Shown piece by piece: positions 47,501-60,100 of a DNA stretch of 64,000 bases. The position numbers and the translations under genes were made by a program. Position 1 is the stretch's first letter. Every line of letters starts with the position of its first letter. The notes beneath the pieces were generated by a model, which was not told where the DNA came from, ran no database searches, and was given only the letters and a program-made list of their open reading frames with translations. Origin of the DNA: Lama guanicoe (Eukaryota); contig MU053758.1 of the NCBI GenBank assembly GCA_013239625.1, positions 2,977,854 to 3,041,853 of the forward strand, written 5' to 3'.

Positions 47501-50500
47501 CCAGCCAGGCTAGGGGAGGGGCTGGTGGAGCCCGAGTGGAAACCGGGTGGGATTGGCTTCCTGGGCCCTTACCCAGCCTCTAAAGTGCAAACAACATATT
47601 TTTGCCATGCAATGGTATTTAATTACACATAAAAACAGAGCCATTAAACTGAAATTAAACCCTTGTTGGAATCACTTAATTCAGGGCATGACAAATTACT
47701 TTCAGTGGAGGCAGCAGTGAAGTCCCCTCAGGGAGAGATGGAGATTAGCGGCTTCTATGGCTGGCTGGGTCCCCTTGTTCTCTTGGCCGCCATGCTGACT
47801 CTAAATTCTGAAATTGAGGTCAGAACCTTCTGAAGACCACCTAAGCCAAGGGGAAGCCTCTAGGTTTGTTCAGGATGACAGGAATGGAGGGTGAGGAAAT
47901 CAGACTGTCCAACTCAGTTTCAGATAACTCGGTCCATTTTATCGATGGGGAAGTTGAGGCTCAGGTGCCAGCGTCACTCAGAGCCAGGATTAGAACCCTG
48001 GCCCCAAGCCATGGCCAGGGAGTCTGTTTCATCCTTTCACTCTGGGCCTGGAGACAGAGGCTGGAGCTGGGTGGGCGAGGTTTGGGAAACTAGAGCAGGC
48101 CCTGGTTGGGGAGGGTAGATTTCTCCAGAACTGAACTCCCACCTTGTCCAAGTCTGGAGACAGCAGGGAAGGGCTGCCAAGGCAGCCTTGACTTTGTAGA
48201 GGGCAGCCTGGTACCCAGACTCTGTCTCAGACAGACCTGGTTGCTTAACCCCCTGGGTGAGGTTGGGCAGGTAAAACCTTTCACTCCGGTGAGCCTCAGT
48301 TATCCCGTCTGTCAAACGGGGATGATCATTTCTATCTATAGAATTCCCATGAAGACCAGTGGGCAGAAGGCAAGAATAGGGCCTAGGGCCCAGTTCAGTA
48401 GGTGGTTCTATTCGGCTTCCTTCTCAAGACCTCTGCCCCCATTTGTAATAAGATCCAGCTGGGACTGATGGTTTGTAGGGCCTTCCCTTGCTTCGACTCT
48501 GTGTTTGCAGCCCTTTCTCCTCCCTCCAGGCCCCTTCTCTCCTGCAGTTTCTTCTCCCCCTGTGGTCTGGTTATCTAACCATGGGCAGAGGTCTGGGGTG
48601 TATGGTTAGCCTACTGGGTAGGAAAAGGCGGTCCCAGGCCCCCTAAAACTTCCCTGCCTCACCTAGTCTTCCTGTGGCTGTGTGTGAGGCCCCTCTGGGA
48701 GACAAAAGGGTCCCACACCCTGGGGAGGGGTGCTGGGGTGCACAGTGAGGTTGTGAGGTTCCAGTCTCCCTCCCCCATGTGCCCTCTACGATCCGGGAAC
48801 CAGTTCTCCTGATTGGAACCAGATGGGTCTGCTCTGGCCGGAGGCCCATCTCAGCCGAGTCCACTCACTCAACGTCCTTCCCTGGAAGGGGGGAGGGCAT
48901 GGACTGAGGGGAAGTGGAAGTGAGGAGGGGTCCTTTCCACTGGGGCTGGGAAGCAGAGTCCTTTCCTTCTCTCTCCTCTCCAGGCTAGTAGTCTGGGAAC
49001 TTTTCTTCTACCCACAGATGGCGGGTAAGATGGCCAGCTGAGGACAAGCCTCTCCTGGAGGCTTGAGCGGGCAGCCCTCGAACTTATGACCGTGTCCTCT
49101 GGGAGCAACACCCCCCCAACCCCGGCCCTCCAGTATCCACGACGTGCAGCTGAGCTGCAGGTTGCCAAACAGAGGCTAACTCTTCCTGTCCCCTGACTCC
49201 TGGAGTGGCCCCAAGTTCACTCCCCTCACCCTTGGCCTCCTCAGCCTTGGTGGACAGAGAGGTTCCTGCCCTGGGGGTTGGGGTGGGAGGGCCGTGTCGG
49301 GCTGAGGCCCAGGGTTCCAGTCATTGCTGGCCTGCCAGCTACCCGGCTGCAGATGGCTGCCCCGCCAGCCTGGCGACTAGCACAAATGCTTTACAGCTGT
49401 ACCCCTACTGGCTTGTCCTAGAGAGACCGAGGTGGGGACCTGGAGGACACAGAGGGGCACATGGAGAGCTGTGGTGGGCGGCGGACAACCTAGGTTGCTG
49501 CAGTAGTGAGAACAAAGAAACTTGAATCTCCAGAAAAAGCTTCCCCAACAGCAGGGGTTGGAATGGAGGCTTCTCGAAGAAGGACAGATTTGGGGGAGGA
49601 GGGGTGCTGCTGCCTGGAAGGCCCAGGGCTCAGGGTCCCTGCCTCCCTTCCAGGTCTTGGTCTCTGAGCAGAGCCAGAAGCTTCTAAGTTGAAGCAGCAG
49701 GGAGGGCAGCCCAGCCTTGTCCCCACCCAGGGGAAATTGGATCAGGCCACTCAAGAAATAAATTCAATTTTCCAGCATCATGGAAGGTTCATCGGACAAT
49801 AGAGTTTTTTTCCCCAAAAAAACACATAAGAAGAAAAAAAGGAAGTCCAATTGCCTTTGGCTGAGCTGTTTCCCAACTTCATTTCTCAGCCTCAGTTCAA
49901 GGCTTCTCATTCAAAGTGACATGTGACTGCTCGGTGACCCTGGCCTGATCGCCAGCCTTGTGAGGGGTCAGGCCAGGCCAGCCCAGAACTGGGCTCCCAA
50001 GGTCTGTGACCACCCCCACTTCCAAAAGCCCCGGGCAGGTCCAGCCCCGTGCAATGAGGTGGGGGCTATGGTCCAGACAAAAACCTTCCCCCAAAGGGAC
50101 TTTGAATTTAGGGGCTGGTGAGTTCCAAATCCCAGGCATCAGGCCCAGATGGGTTTATATTGAAATGTAAACGAACCTTAAAAGTCTTGAAAAGTTTTCT
50201 TTTGGGGGGTGGGGTGGGGCGGGGGAGGTTGCCTTTAAAATGCAAACAGACCTTGTAAACCCCAGCTTAGGGGCATTCTTGGGGCTGGAATGAGGGGAGC
50301 CCGCCCTTCAGGTGGGGGAAGGGCCAGCCTTCGGTGTGTTCTCTGCAGATGATGGCCTTGTGGGGGACTCAGCACCGCAGAGGAAGGGAGGGGCAGAAAA
50401 ATCCAAAGTAGAGGGCAGGCAGGGGTGATGGGGAAGTGTGGGGGTGGGGTGGGGTGGGAGTAGAGGCCACCAAGAAGCAGTTCCCAAAGTTCTAGGACAG

Positions 50501-52293
50501 GAGGTGAGGTAGGGTGGGGGAAGACCACACAGGAAGATTTGGGGAGAGCTGGGCAGTGTCTCCCTGGCTGGAGAGGGGAGGTGTGTTGGGGGTGGGGTGG
50601 AGGAGAGGGCATGACTCTAGCCTGATGGCTGAGAAAGGTCCTTCCCGAGGAGACCAGGGCTGGGAGCAGCCTTCAAGGTCTACCCCAGCTCCCCCATTAC
50701 ACAGATGGGAAACCAAGGCTTAGATGGATCTGTGACTTGCTTGTCTGAAGGCATAAATGAGCTGGTGGCAGATTGATTAGAACTCAGGGCTGTGTTCTTT
50801 TTGCACTATCTCCCAGGGGGTGGGGGTGGGGCCAGGGGAGACTTCCGGCTCCAGAAAGGGGAAGCTAACTAAGGGCTATCATGTGGGAAGAAGGAAAGAG
50901 GTCCTGATGGAAGAGTCTGGGTGGAAGACTACAGGGGAACTACGCCATCTTTCAGGAAGAAAGAGAGACAGGTGACTTGCAACATCCTGGGCAGGTTGGG
51001 GTAGGGCCTAGGGTGGGGTGGGGACTTGATCCTGGTGGGAGAAGAGGGGCTTAGTGGAGACCCCAGAAGGAGGGGCAGACCACCCTAACCCAGTGAAGGT
51101 GGAGGCAGGGGATTGGACTTGATGACCTCTGGGTTGATAAGCTCCAAATGTCATCCTTACCATCATCACCAGGGGTTTGGGTCCAGATCACCTGGGTTCT
51201 AATCACACTCTGCTATTTATTATGGTTGGACCCTGGAAATTGACTTAATCTCCTAATCCACAGTTCCATCTCCATCAAATGAAGGTATATAATGGTACCT
51301 ACATAGTGTTGCTGTCAAGATTAAATAATTCATGGCAAATCATCTAACAGATACATACTGCTGGTGTGATGCGCGCCAGGCACTGTTTCAGGTGCTGGGG
51401 ATTCCATGTGAACATTCTAGCCTCTTCTTCGTAGAGCTCCCATTCCAGCAGCCTGGGACTTGGCATATGTTAGGTGCTAAATGAAAAGTCAATAGGCCCA
51501 CTATCTTTCTCCTAATGAACATTCATACCCCATAGCCTACAAAGTGCGTTCATGTCCAGTGTGACTCCAGGCTTCTCACAACCCTACTTATGAGGTGAAT
51601 ATTACAAGTGAGGAAAACCCCGCTCAGTGCCCAGAGAAGTGACTTGCCCTAAATCATGCAGCTAGTCAATGGCACAAGGGACCCGCCACCCAGATCTGCC
51701 TGACCACCAGGCTTCTAATTCTGGATGCAGGAGAGAGATGTTGCGTGTGTGCGTGTGCATGTGCGCCTAGGTAGGAGTGGGATGAGCTAGGGAAAGGACA
51801 TGTCCCATCTCAGTGTTCATGGGGTGTCCAGTCTGAATGCTGTGAAGGAGATAACATCTCTCCTGGGGCACAGGCAGCCCTCCCCCCACCGCCTGGCCAA
51901 CCCTGGGGGTACCTAATTCTGTACTGCTGACTTGGGTGCTCAGCGCGTATTCAGTGACTGAGCGAATGAATAAGTGAGTGTTATTCTTCCTTCTCTCTCC
52001 CTCCTCATTCTCTCTTTCTGGTCCCTCCTCCTGGCTTGTCTCCCTGCCCCCAGGCCTGCTCCAAGCCAAGCTCCACTTGCCTCCCTGGCAAGATTCAACT
52101 GGGGAGACATTGAGGGTTAAGACGCCTTCCAGGAAACAGAGAGTCACAAACCGAGCCCCTGGTTGGCAGCATGGGCACACACTCAGGAAGAAGAGGGTCT
52201 GTTTTGCTGGGGCTGAGAGCCCCAGCCTGGTGAGGACTTGGGGGCTCGTGGGGGTGGGAAACATGGCTGGGGCAGGGCCCTGTATGGAGGGGG

Positions 52294-52660
52294 TGCTATG
52301 GACTGAATTGTGTCCCCACAAATTCACACGTTGAAAGCCTGACCCCAGTGTGACTACATTTGGAGCTAGGACTCTTAGGAGGTAATTTAGGAGGGTGACT
52401 GAGGCCATAAAGGTGGGGTTCTAATCTGAAAGGATAGGTAGCCTCATAAGAAGAGGAAAATGCACCGAGGAAAGGTCACATGTGCATACAGTGAGAAGGT
52501 GGCCATCGGCAAGCCAAGAAGAGAGCCCTCACCAGAACTCAGCCATGCTGACACCCTGATCTCATACCTCCAGGCTCCTGAACTGTGACAGAACAAGTGT
52601 CTGTTATTTACACTACCCAGTCTCTGATATTTCGTGATGGCAATCTGAGCAGACTAATCC
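52294..52660 (+). mobile_element. MaLR solo LTR, MLT1A/B-like
   Basis: tgctatggactgaattgtgtcccc...agaaggtggccat...caagccaagaagagagccctcaccagaa...acccagtct...agcagactaa. Confidence 0.85.
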
Positions 52661-52943
52661 CCGGGGGGAGCGGGGGCCCCCAGTCCTGCTCTTTCCCACA
52701 TGGTCCTTTAGAGCTCAGAGAACCCGGTCCCTGGGCCCAGATCAAGTATACTCCTGTCCCAGCCTGTCTCGGGATGACAGCCCCTATCCTTTTCCCTGGC
52801 CTGAACTCCGAGTCTTCACAGCGTCCTCTTCCCATCACACTGCTCCCCAACCCAGGCTTTCTCTTACCCCAAAAATCTGGTCGCTTCCTCTCTGGCTGAA
52901 AAGCCTCTGATGTCTCCCCATTACCTACAGGATGAAGTCCAAG

Positions 52944-53002
52944 CAGGTTGACACGTACAACTGTGCATCGTGCAACTTGCACAACTGTACACAGCAGTCC
53001 TG
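52944..53002. mobile_element. Possible internally deleted MER91-like hAT MITE
   Basis: Imperfect inverted ends cagg...tac..tgtgca / tgcacaactgtac...cctg; related fragments near 33430-33540 and 37080-37110. Confidence 0.4.
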
Positions 53003-53333
53003 AGTTTAACTTCATTCATTCATTCATTCATTCATTCATTCAACAAGCATTCATTTCTTGGACACTCTCAGCTTAGCATCCAAGGCTCTTAATGATCCAG
53101 ATCCTGCCTCTTTCCTTTGCTTCCTCTCTCATTTACTCCCTCGGGTACCATATATTTTAACCACACTGAACATGGTATGTTTTCATACCTCGGTGCTTCA
53201 TACACAAATTCATCTATCTGCCTGTCTGAGAGTCCTGAGGCCATGGAGTGGGCTCAAGCTGGGAATCCTGTTTCTCTGCTACTTACTAGCTAGGTGAGTG
53301 AGGGCAAGTTAACTTTCTGAGTCTCAGTTTTCT

Positions 53334-53626
53334 TTTTCTTTTTTTTTTTTAATCTCTATTTTCTTTCTTTCCTCCCTGATTTTTATTATTTCTTTCCTTC
53401 TGCTGACTTTAGGTTTTGCTTGTTCTTCTTTTTCTAATTCTTTTAGGTGGTAGGTTAGGTTGTTTATTTGAGATTTTTCTTTTTTGAGGAAGGCCTGCAT
53501 CACTATGAACTTCCCTCTTAGGGCTGCTTTAGCTGCATTCCATAGATTTTGTGTGGTTGTGTTTTCATTGTCATTTGTCTCAAGGTACTTTTTAATTTCC
53601 TCTTTGACTCACTAGCTTTTTAGTTA
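53334..53626 (-). mobile_element. Internal L1 ORF2 fragment with poly(A) tail and TSD, inserted in a MIR
   Basis: Minus strand translates VKEEIKKYLETNDNENTTTQNLWNAAKAALRGKFI...KELEKEEQAKPKVSRRKEIIKIRE (L1 ORF2 post-endonuclease region); TSD ag(t/c)ctc(a/c)gttttct at 53320-53333 and 53627-53640. Confidence 0.88.
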
Positions 53627-55472
53627 AGCCTCCGTTTTCTAATCTGCAAAATGGGATTAAACATATATACTGTACCTCACATTCCCCTTAGCATACAGGA
53701 GCCCTCCCAGTAAAAGTTGTTTCCCCCAACTCTTTGCTGTTATACTCCTATTCAACCCTGAAGACCCAACTCAAATGTTACCTCCTTGGTAAAATTGCCC
53801 TCATTTTCCCCAAATAGGGAAAATTTATCTTCCCTGTTTCTACCCTTCCTGCCAGCTCTGCATGGCTCCTATAAACCTCCATTATAACACTGCTCTATTT
53901 CTCTGTTTTTGTGACTCACATGAACAAAGCATGCAGCCAGGAAACATTTGTGGCATGAATCAGGTACTGACCTCTGGGTTGGGAGAATTTAGCCTCCCAT
54001 TCCTGCCCTGGTTCCAAGCCCTCAGCCTATTGGATGGCATGAGGGGTCAGGACAGGAGGCCCAGGAGATGAAAGAGCAGAGGTGAGCTGCCTCAGCCCTC
54101 AGTGGGACATGCGTGCAGGGGAGGTGGCTGGTCAGATGGGGTAGGGGTGAGGGTGCTTCAGCCTTCTGGATAGTCTGCTCTGTAGCCAGAGAGCAGTCAG
54201 GGTTTAAAGAGCAATGGAATCTGAGTTTTGAAAAATGGTGATGTAGGGAGCTGCTTCCCCTCCTTTCTCATCACCTCTAGCAGCAGCTGGCTTTGTTGTG
54301 GGTCCAGCCACCTGGGAGAGAGGGGTGAGGGGATTTAATGGGACAAGAGTGAGAGAGGTTTTCCATAAAGGGGGAGAGGATGGGTTTGGGGGTGAGTGTG
54401 TGGATAAGGTCTGATGAGGAGAAAGGCGAGGAAGGAGACACTGGGTAGGGGAAGTGGGGAGAGATGACTGGTGGTGTGTGTGTGTAGCAAGAGGGATGGA
54501 GAAGAGGATCGGGTAGGGTGGGAAGCTGGGAGAAGTGACCTTTGCTGGGCTGGCTGCTCTGCCCCTCAGCAAAAGTCATTAGGTTCTCTGTAAAGTCTTC
54601 CTGGAGGAAAGATGAGCTATGGAAATGCAGCAGAGGTCATTACTTCCCGTGGACTCTGTCCTTGGACAGGGAGGGGGCTGGGCAGGGGAAGAGAACCCCC
54701 AATCCTGGGAACTGCAGGTGGGCAGTGAGAGGGGAGGCAGGGCTACTCAGTGCTGGTTCAAGGGCATTGGGAAGGTCTCTCCACTTCCTCCAGGGCAGCC
54801 CCTGCCACGGTGTCACACAACTCAGCCCAAACAGAAGTGGCAACTGTCCCCTTCCTAAGGCTCTGTGGGAGAGGAAGACCCCTGCAGCCCCCTCCTGCAT
54901 CACTTGGTGAGACGTTCTGTGACCTGGCCACCTGGAACCTCTAGCTGCAGTGGGTCTGGAGAAGTCTTGGTGGGAGCGTTACTGCGGGACTGGAGGTGGG
55001 AGGGAGGACTGTCATCCCGCAGAACCAGGACGAATGATGGGGCCATTGTCCAGTCTCCAGGGCTGGGCTGGTAGCTTGGGGCTCATGTGTGTTGAAGGAC
55101 TCTTCCGGACTCCTCTTGAACTGCTCACGTTTCACCCACCTCTCCTCGCCCTCAGGGAGCCCGAGTGAGGCCCTGGAAGCTGGCAGGGCTGTCACACGTG
55201 CTCATCTCAGGCCTCCTGTCTTCCTGGCAGAGTGGCAGGAAAGGGGTTGTGAAGAAGGAAAACGGGTATGTCGGACACAAGGGGGACACAGATGGCTTAA
55301 GAGACGGTTCATGAAGTGGAAGCCAGTGGAGACTGTCCTGCTATGGCCAGGATGTGGGAGGGGGTGAAGACACAGCCACCTGCCACCTCAGGTCCCCCTT
55401 TCTGTTCAGGTTTCCATCTCTGAGGGAATGCCTTGAATGCCCCAGGACCAACTCTTGTGCAAGGACCGACAC

Positions 55473-55478
55473 TTTATT
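55473..55478 (-). terminator. TNS4: Candidate TNS4 polyadenylation signal AATAAA
   Basis: tttatt on + strand, ~1.5 kb after the stop codon, followed on the gene strand by GT-containing sequence. Confidence 0.65.
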
Positions 55479-56040
55479 TTCCACAATGGAAGCTATAAGG
55501 TGCCCATGAGTATATGAGGGGGGCTGTCTGCCAGCCCCCAGGCTGTGACCTTGAGAACTTGGGCACTGTGACCTTGAGAACCTTGTCTAGCTTTCGGTAG
55601 TCTCTGGGAGTGGGGCAGTGCTGACCACAGGCTGGGTGGGCTGGTCTCAGCCAGTCCCGCCAGCCCAGGGCTGCTTCAGTCTGGTTTGGTTTTCTGGGTT
55701 GAAATAATAACCCAGAAAACCAATAGGCCCAACTTTGGCCAAAGATAATGATTCTCTGGCAGGGCCCCCAGTTGGGAGGGAGCAGGCACTTGTCCCTCAT
55801 AGAGAAGTGGGCTCTTTCTCTGAGTCTCCTCTTCCACCTTCAGGGTGTAGTTTTCTGAGGATCCCAGCTCCGCTATACAAATGATTTCAACGTCTCCGGG
55901 GTCTTGATGGGGATGGGGGTGGGGCAGGAAAGACCACCCAGCTTCTCCAAGCCTCCTGGGGAGGCTGCCTGTTTGCATTCTTAACTCTCTGCTGCCCTCG
56001 TGTGGCTATGAGGCCAGTTGCCGCCGCAGCGGGGGTGGGG

Positions 56041-56081
56041 GTGTGTGCGTGTGTGTGTGTGTGTGTGTATGTGTGTGTGTG
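56041..56081. repeat. (TG)n/(CA)n microsatellite in TNS4 3'UTR
   Basis: Directly visible. Confidence 0.9.
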
Positions 56082-56967
56082 TTTTGGGGGACAGAGAGGA
56101 CTCAGCAAGAAAGACCGGGGCTGAGGCAGAACCAGACAGCTGGCTCTCGTGTCTGCTCTAGCAAGCAGGGGGTCTCCCTGCCCCCACCCCTAGGTGTGGG
56201 TTACGCAAGTAAGATTAGGCAGTTGTGGCACAGTCACTTGTGAGAAAATGAAAGAAAAGATGAAGCTGATGCTCACTTGCAATGGAGGGGATTAGACATC
56301 AAGATCTTGAGGACAGCTGGGTCATCTCTGACTATGGGGGCAAGTTCCCACTTGCTAACCTGCCCATGGCCACGCTGGCCTGAAGAATCCAGGGCAGGCA
56401 GATCTAGCTTGGTTTTGGTGATAGCTGCCCAAGAAACCATCAGGGAAATGGGGAAAGGAACAGATATGGAGGGAAAGAGAGGCGTTCCTTTGGTCCTCAA
56501 CCCTTGCATACTATCTGTCTCAGGCAAGCCTCAGGCCAGGGCCCACGGGTCCCGACCCAGCACCTGCTGTTGGCCATGAAACAGGGGTCACAGGTCTCTA
56601 ACTCAGGCTGATATGTCAGGAGTGTCGAGGCTGATGGAGTCAGGGGTCTTCAGAGGCTGTTTCCATGTGGGGGTCCTCAGGCGCTGATGTGCTTCAGCAT
56701 CACAGGGAGCTCGTTAATGTGCCCACCGACATCTGGGAGGAACAGCTGATCCTGTCTTTTGGCCTTTTTCAAGGCTGAGGAAACTGAGGCCCAGGGGGCT
56801 CTGGACGAAGGTCACTGCCAAAGGTCATAGTGGGTTCAAGGGTTTCAACTTGGTACTGTTCTCCAACCCCATAGATTGGTCCATCAGCATGGCCACAAGC
56901 CCCTTGTTCAGGCTGGAGGGGGCATCCTGAGCAAGCCCTTTGGGATTCATCTGGGAAGCTCCCTCCC

Positions 56968-57109
56968 CTACATCCTTTCTGGGTCCTGCAGGAAAGCGCC
57001 CACCAGGCCGATGACCTGTGAGGCTGGCTGGGCCGCATCATACTCTGCGAAGAGGTGGCAGACATTCTCCTGTGACTCGGTCTGGCTCTTGGCAACAAAC
57101 CCAAAGATC
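56968..57109 (-). CDS. TNS4: TNS4 terminal coding exon (IFGFVAKS...DPERM*)
   Basis: 142 nt incl. TAG. Confidence 0.95.
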
Positions 57110-60100
57110 CTGGTGGGAGAGGAGAGCTTGTGTGAGGGGTGGGACCGGGGAAGTGCCAGGCTGGGAATGGGGGCCTCAGCCTACACAGTGTTGCTCCCTG
57201 ACTGTCCCCAGCCAAGTGCTCCCCCACCTTATTATGATGGAGTCTCTGCTAGGGGAGGATGTGCCTCCCCTGTCCAACTGGGAGATCCCTGAGTTCAAGA
57301 TCATGGATCGTTCCCTTGATTGGAGAGGGGCCCCCTGAGGACAGGATCTGTGTCTCCCTGGTCAGAGTGAAAGCTTCCTGAAGACAAAGAAGCATCTTGA
57401 CCATTAGACTGGGGTGTCCCTACAGATGACAGCCCGCGCCTCCCACGTGAGACCGAGGGCTCCAAGCTCCCATTGGCCTGATCAAACCGGAGGGTCCCCG
57501 AGGGCCAGGGCTCGTGCTCAAGGTCAGGGCAGGGCCTCCCGCCTTCCCTAACTCCCTCCCTGCGCGGGGTCCGGGCCCGCCCCAGGGAGCCCTCTCGTGG
57601 TAACTGAGTGGGTACGGAGGCCTTACCGGGAGGGCTTGCAGTACTTCTGCCACCTGCGGGAAAGGAACACGGACAGTCATGAGGACCGAATCTTGGCTCC
57701 GTTCCCCAGGACTCTGGCCAAGCATCAGGGGACAACGGCCAGCCGCATCCCTGCCCCATCACACCCCCTCCCCTCATTCTGTTGCTCCTGACCCCTCCAG
57801 GTTCACAGGATCTGTCTGAGATCCCAATCCCAGCGTCCGTGAGCAGCTAGGCCCCAGATGGCCTTCTAAGGTTGGCGCAGCCTTGAACTTACTTCCGTTG
57901 CTCGGGGTCCATGCCACAGAAGCGGAGGGTGCTGAGGGGATAATGGCGCCGGAAAAACACCCTGGGAGGAGGCGGGGAGAGAAGGGGAGCTGGTGAGAGC
58001 CGGTCCCACCTCCTCGCCTCCATCATCTCCAGCTCTTTGTCCTCCAAGAAGCCTCCCAGTTCGTCCCCTGACAGCCTGGTGACCTTTCCCATGACTGGGC
58101 CTGGGCACATGTTTATCTTTCTCTCCTTTTATGAAGTGTGTCTGCCTTGTGTCCTATATGTTGGGGTTTTTGACCCCTTCCTCCCCCCGCTGCCTACCAC
58201 GCCAGTGAACTATTCGAGGATAGGAGTCACGTCTTGGTCATCCCTTATTCCTCCAGTCCAGGACCAGGATTTTGCTAGACTGAATCCCTGAGGCTGGGAA
58301 GGAGTGGCCTCCTTCCACCGCATCCCACTGGTCAGCCAGTCTGGCCTACAGAAGTTGTTTCATCAGTGGGTACAGATTTATTCAGTGCCAGTGGATACTG
58401 GTTAATCCCAAATCCATCAGTCAGTGATGAAGGGGGACTTTGGCAGGAGGTCATTGGACTGAGGTCTGGAGAAGGCAGAGAACTTGCCTGGAGTCACTCA
58501 GCATGTCACTGTCCCTGTTGGGTCCTGGAGCCTGAACCTCCTCTCCATTGCTGACCCACAGCTGTCTCAGCCCTCGCCTCCAGCTTATGCTGCCCAGCCC
58601 TGCAGCCCCCGGGCAAGGGAAGCCCCTTACTTCCTCTGGACATCCGTCAGGGTGATGCCGTGCTCAGTGACTCTGAAGTGGACCACGGTGGGTGTGGGGA
58701 GGATCTCTCTCTCCAAGGTGGTTGAGATGGCCTTCTGCACAGCCAGGGCTCCGCTCAGGGTCTCCACGCTCACGGAGCTCAGGTACAGGGCGTGGCAACC
58801 TGTGGGTTGCAGATACTGCACTGGGCCCTGCCAGAGTCCACTGGGTGGGTGGGAGTCAGCCAGGCCCTGGTGCTCCCTGTGCCCAGAGCCAGAAGATGGA
58901 GGTGCTTTTGTTCTTTGGGAAATCTCGTAGGGCTCCTCTTTGAGCCACCAGGCAAGCCAGCATGGCACTTGTGGGTGACTGAAATTTTGGGCCAACTCCA
59001 GAGGACTTTGGGATCATCTGTTGCTTTGTGTTGCTCTGGCCCCTGGCCCTCCAGCAGGGGACAAGGGAGGGGGTGATGCTCTGTGTATAGGGGCGTCCAG
59101 GCAAACCTTCCTTCTGTCTAGACCCTTGGCTAGTGCTACCTCCACCCTACCTGCCTGGGGCCCTGGCTCCTTTTTGGGAGAAGGGAGAGGAGTCAGGAAT
59201 GGGGAGGGGCCATTGTGCTCAGGGACACAGAGTAGGAGCTGTCACTCAGACAGTGCTGACCTGTGTCTGGCCCCCAGATGTGAAGAAAAGTGACCTTTCC
59301 CCTGTAAATTCCCCAGGACCCCCAGGACTTGGACCTGACGCTCCACAGAGGATCCCAGACCCAGAGAACACCATCAGGACAGGTTCTGCAGACCCAGAGA
59401 GACCCCAGCATGTCTGTGTGTGCAGGACGGGGTGTAAGCCTCACTGCCCGCACCTCCCTCCTGCCCGAAGCTCTTGCCCCTGGCCGACTGCCTGCAGCCT
59501 CTCCTCTCCTGGCTTACAGGGTGGGGGAGGAATGTGGCACCTTGTTAAAGATGAAGCAATAAAGCTGCAATGGGAAACACGTGTGGACCTGCGTGTGCGT
59601 GTGCGCAGGGCTGGGAGGTGCCCTCCGGGGACACAGCTAAGCCCGGAGCCTCCCCCGTACCACTCACCCGCAGATTTCTTCGGACAGGAGGCCCGGCCAT
59701 CCACAGAGGGATCTGAGGCCCCGTCTCCACCTCCCAATTCTGAGCCAAAGCAAAAGAACAGGCCCCCAGGGGGCGGAGGTGCAGTCAGTGGACCTCTCTT
59801 ATAGGAACAGGCCCTGTGAACATCTCCCACCTCCGCCCCCACCTTCAGGAAGTGACTTGGCTGAGAAACCAGGTGTGATTTCTGTGATTAGGCAGACCTT
59901 GGGGCTCTCCAAATGCCAGCTTGTAAACCTTTTGATCCCTCTGTCCCTCTCCCTCCTCCAGCCCCTGGACTGCAGCTGGGACTTGGTCCTCAAAGGCCCC
60001 TGACTTTCTCCCTTCTTCCGGACCCCCCTCCAAACCCATGCCTTTTTTACAGAAAGCAGGGAGGCCCTCTCCACCACCAAACCAGGGGCTCCTCTGGCCT

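Noticed and set aside
51767..52408. 213-aa minus-strand ORF
   Set aside because: Starts inside the MLT1 LTR and runs through L2-like sequence; not protein-like.
59133..59804. 223-aa + strand ORF inside TNS4
   Set aside because: Antisense to TNS4 intron/exon in GC-rich DNA; non-ATG start and no homology cues.
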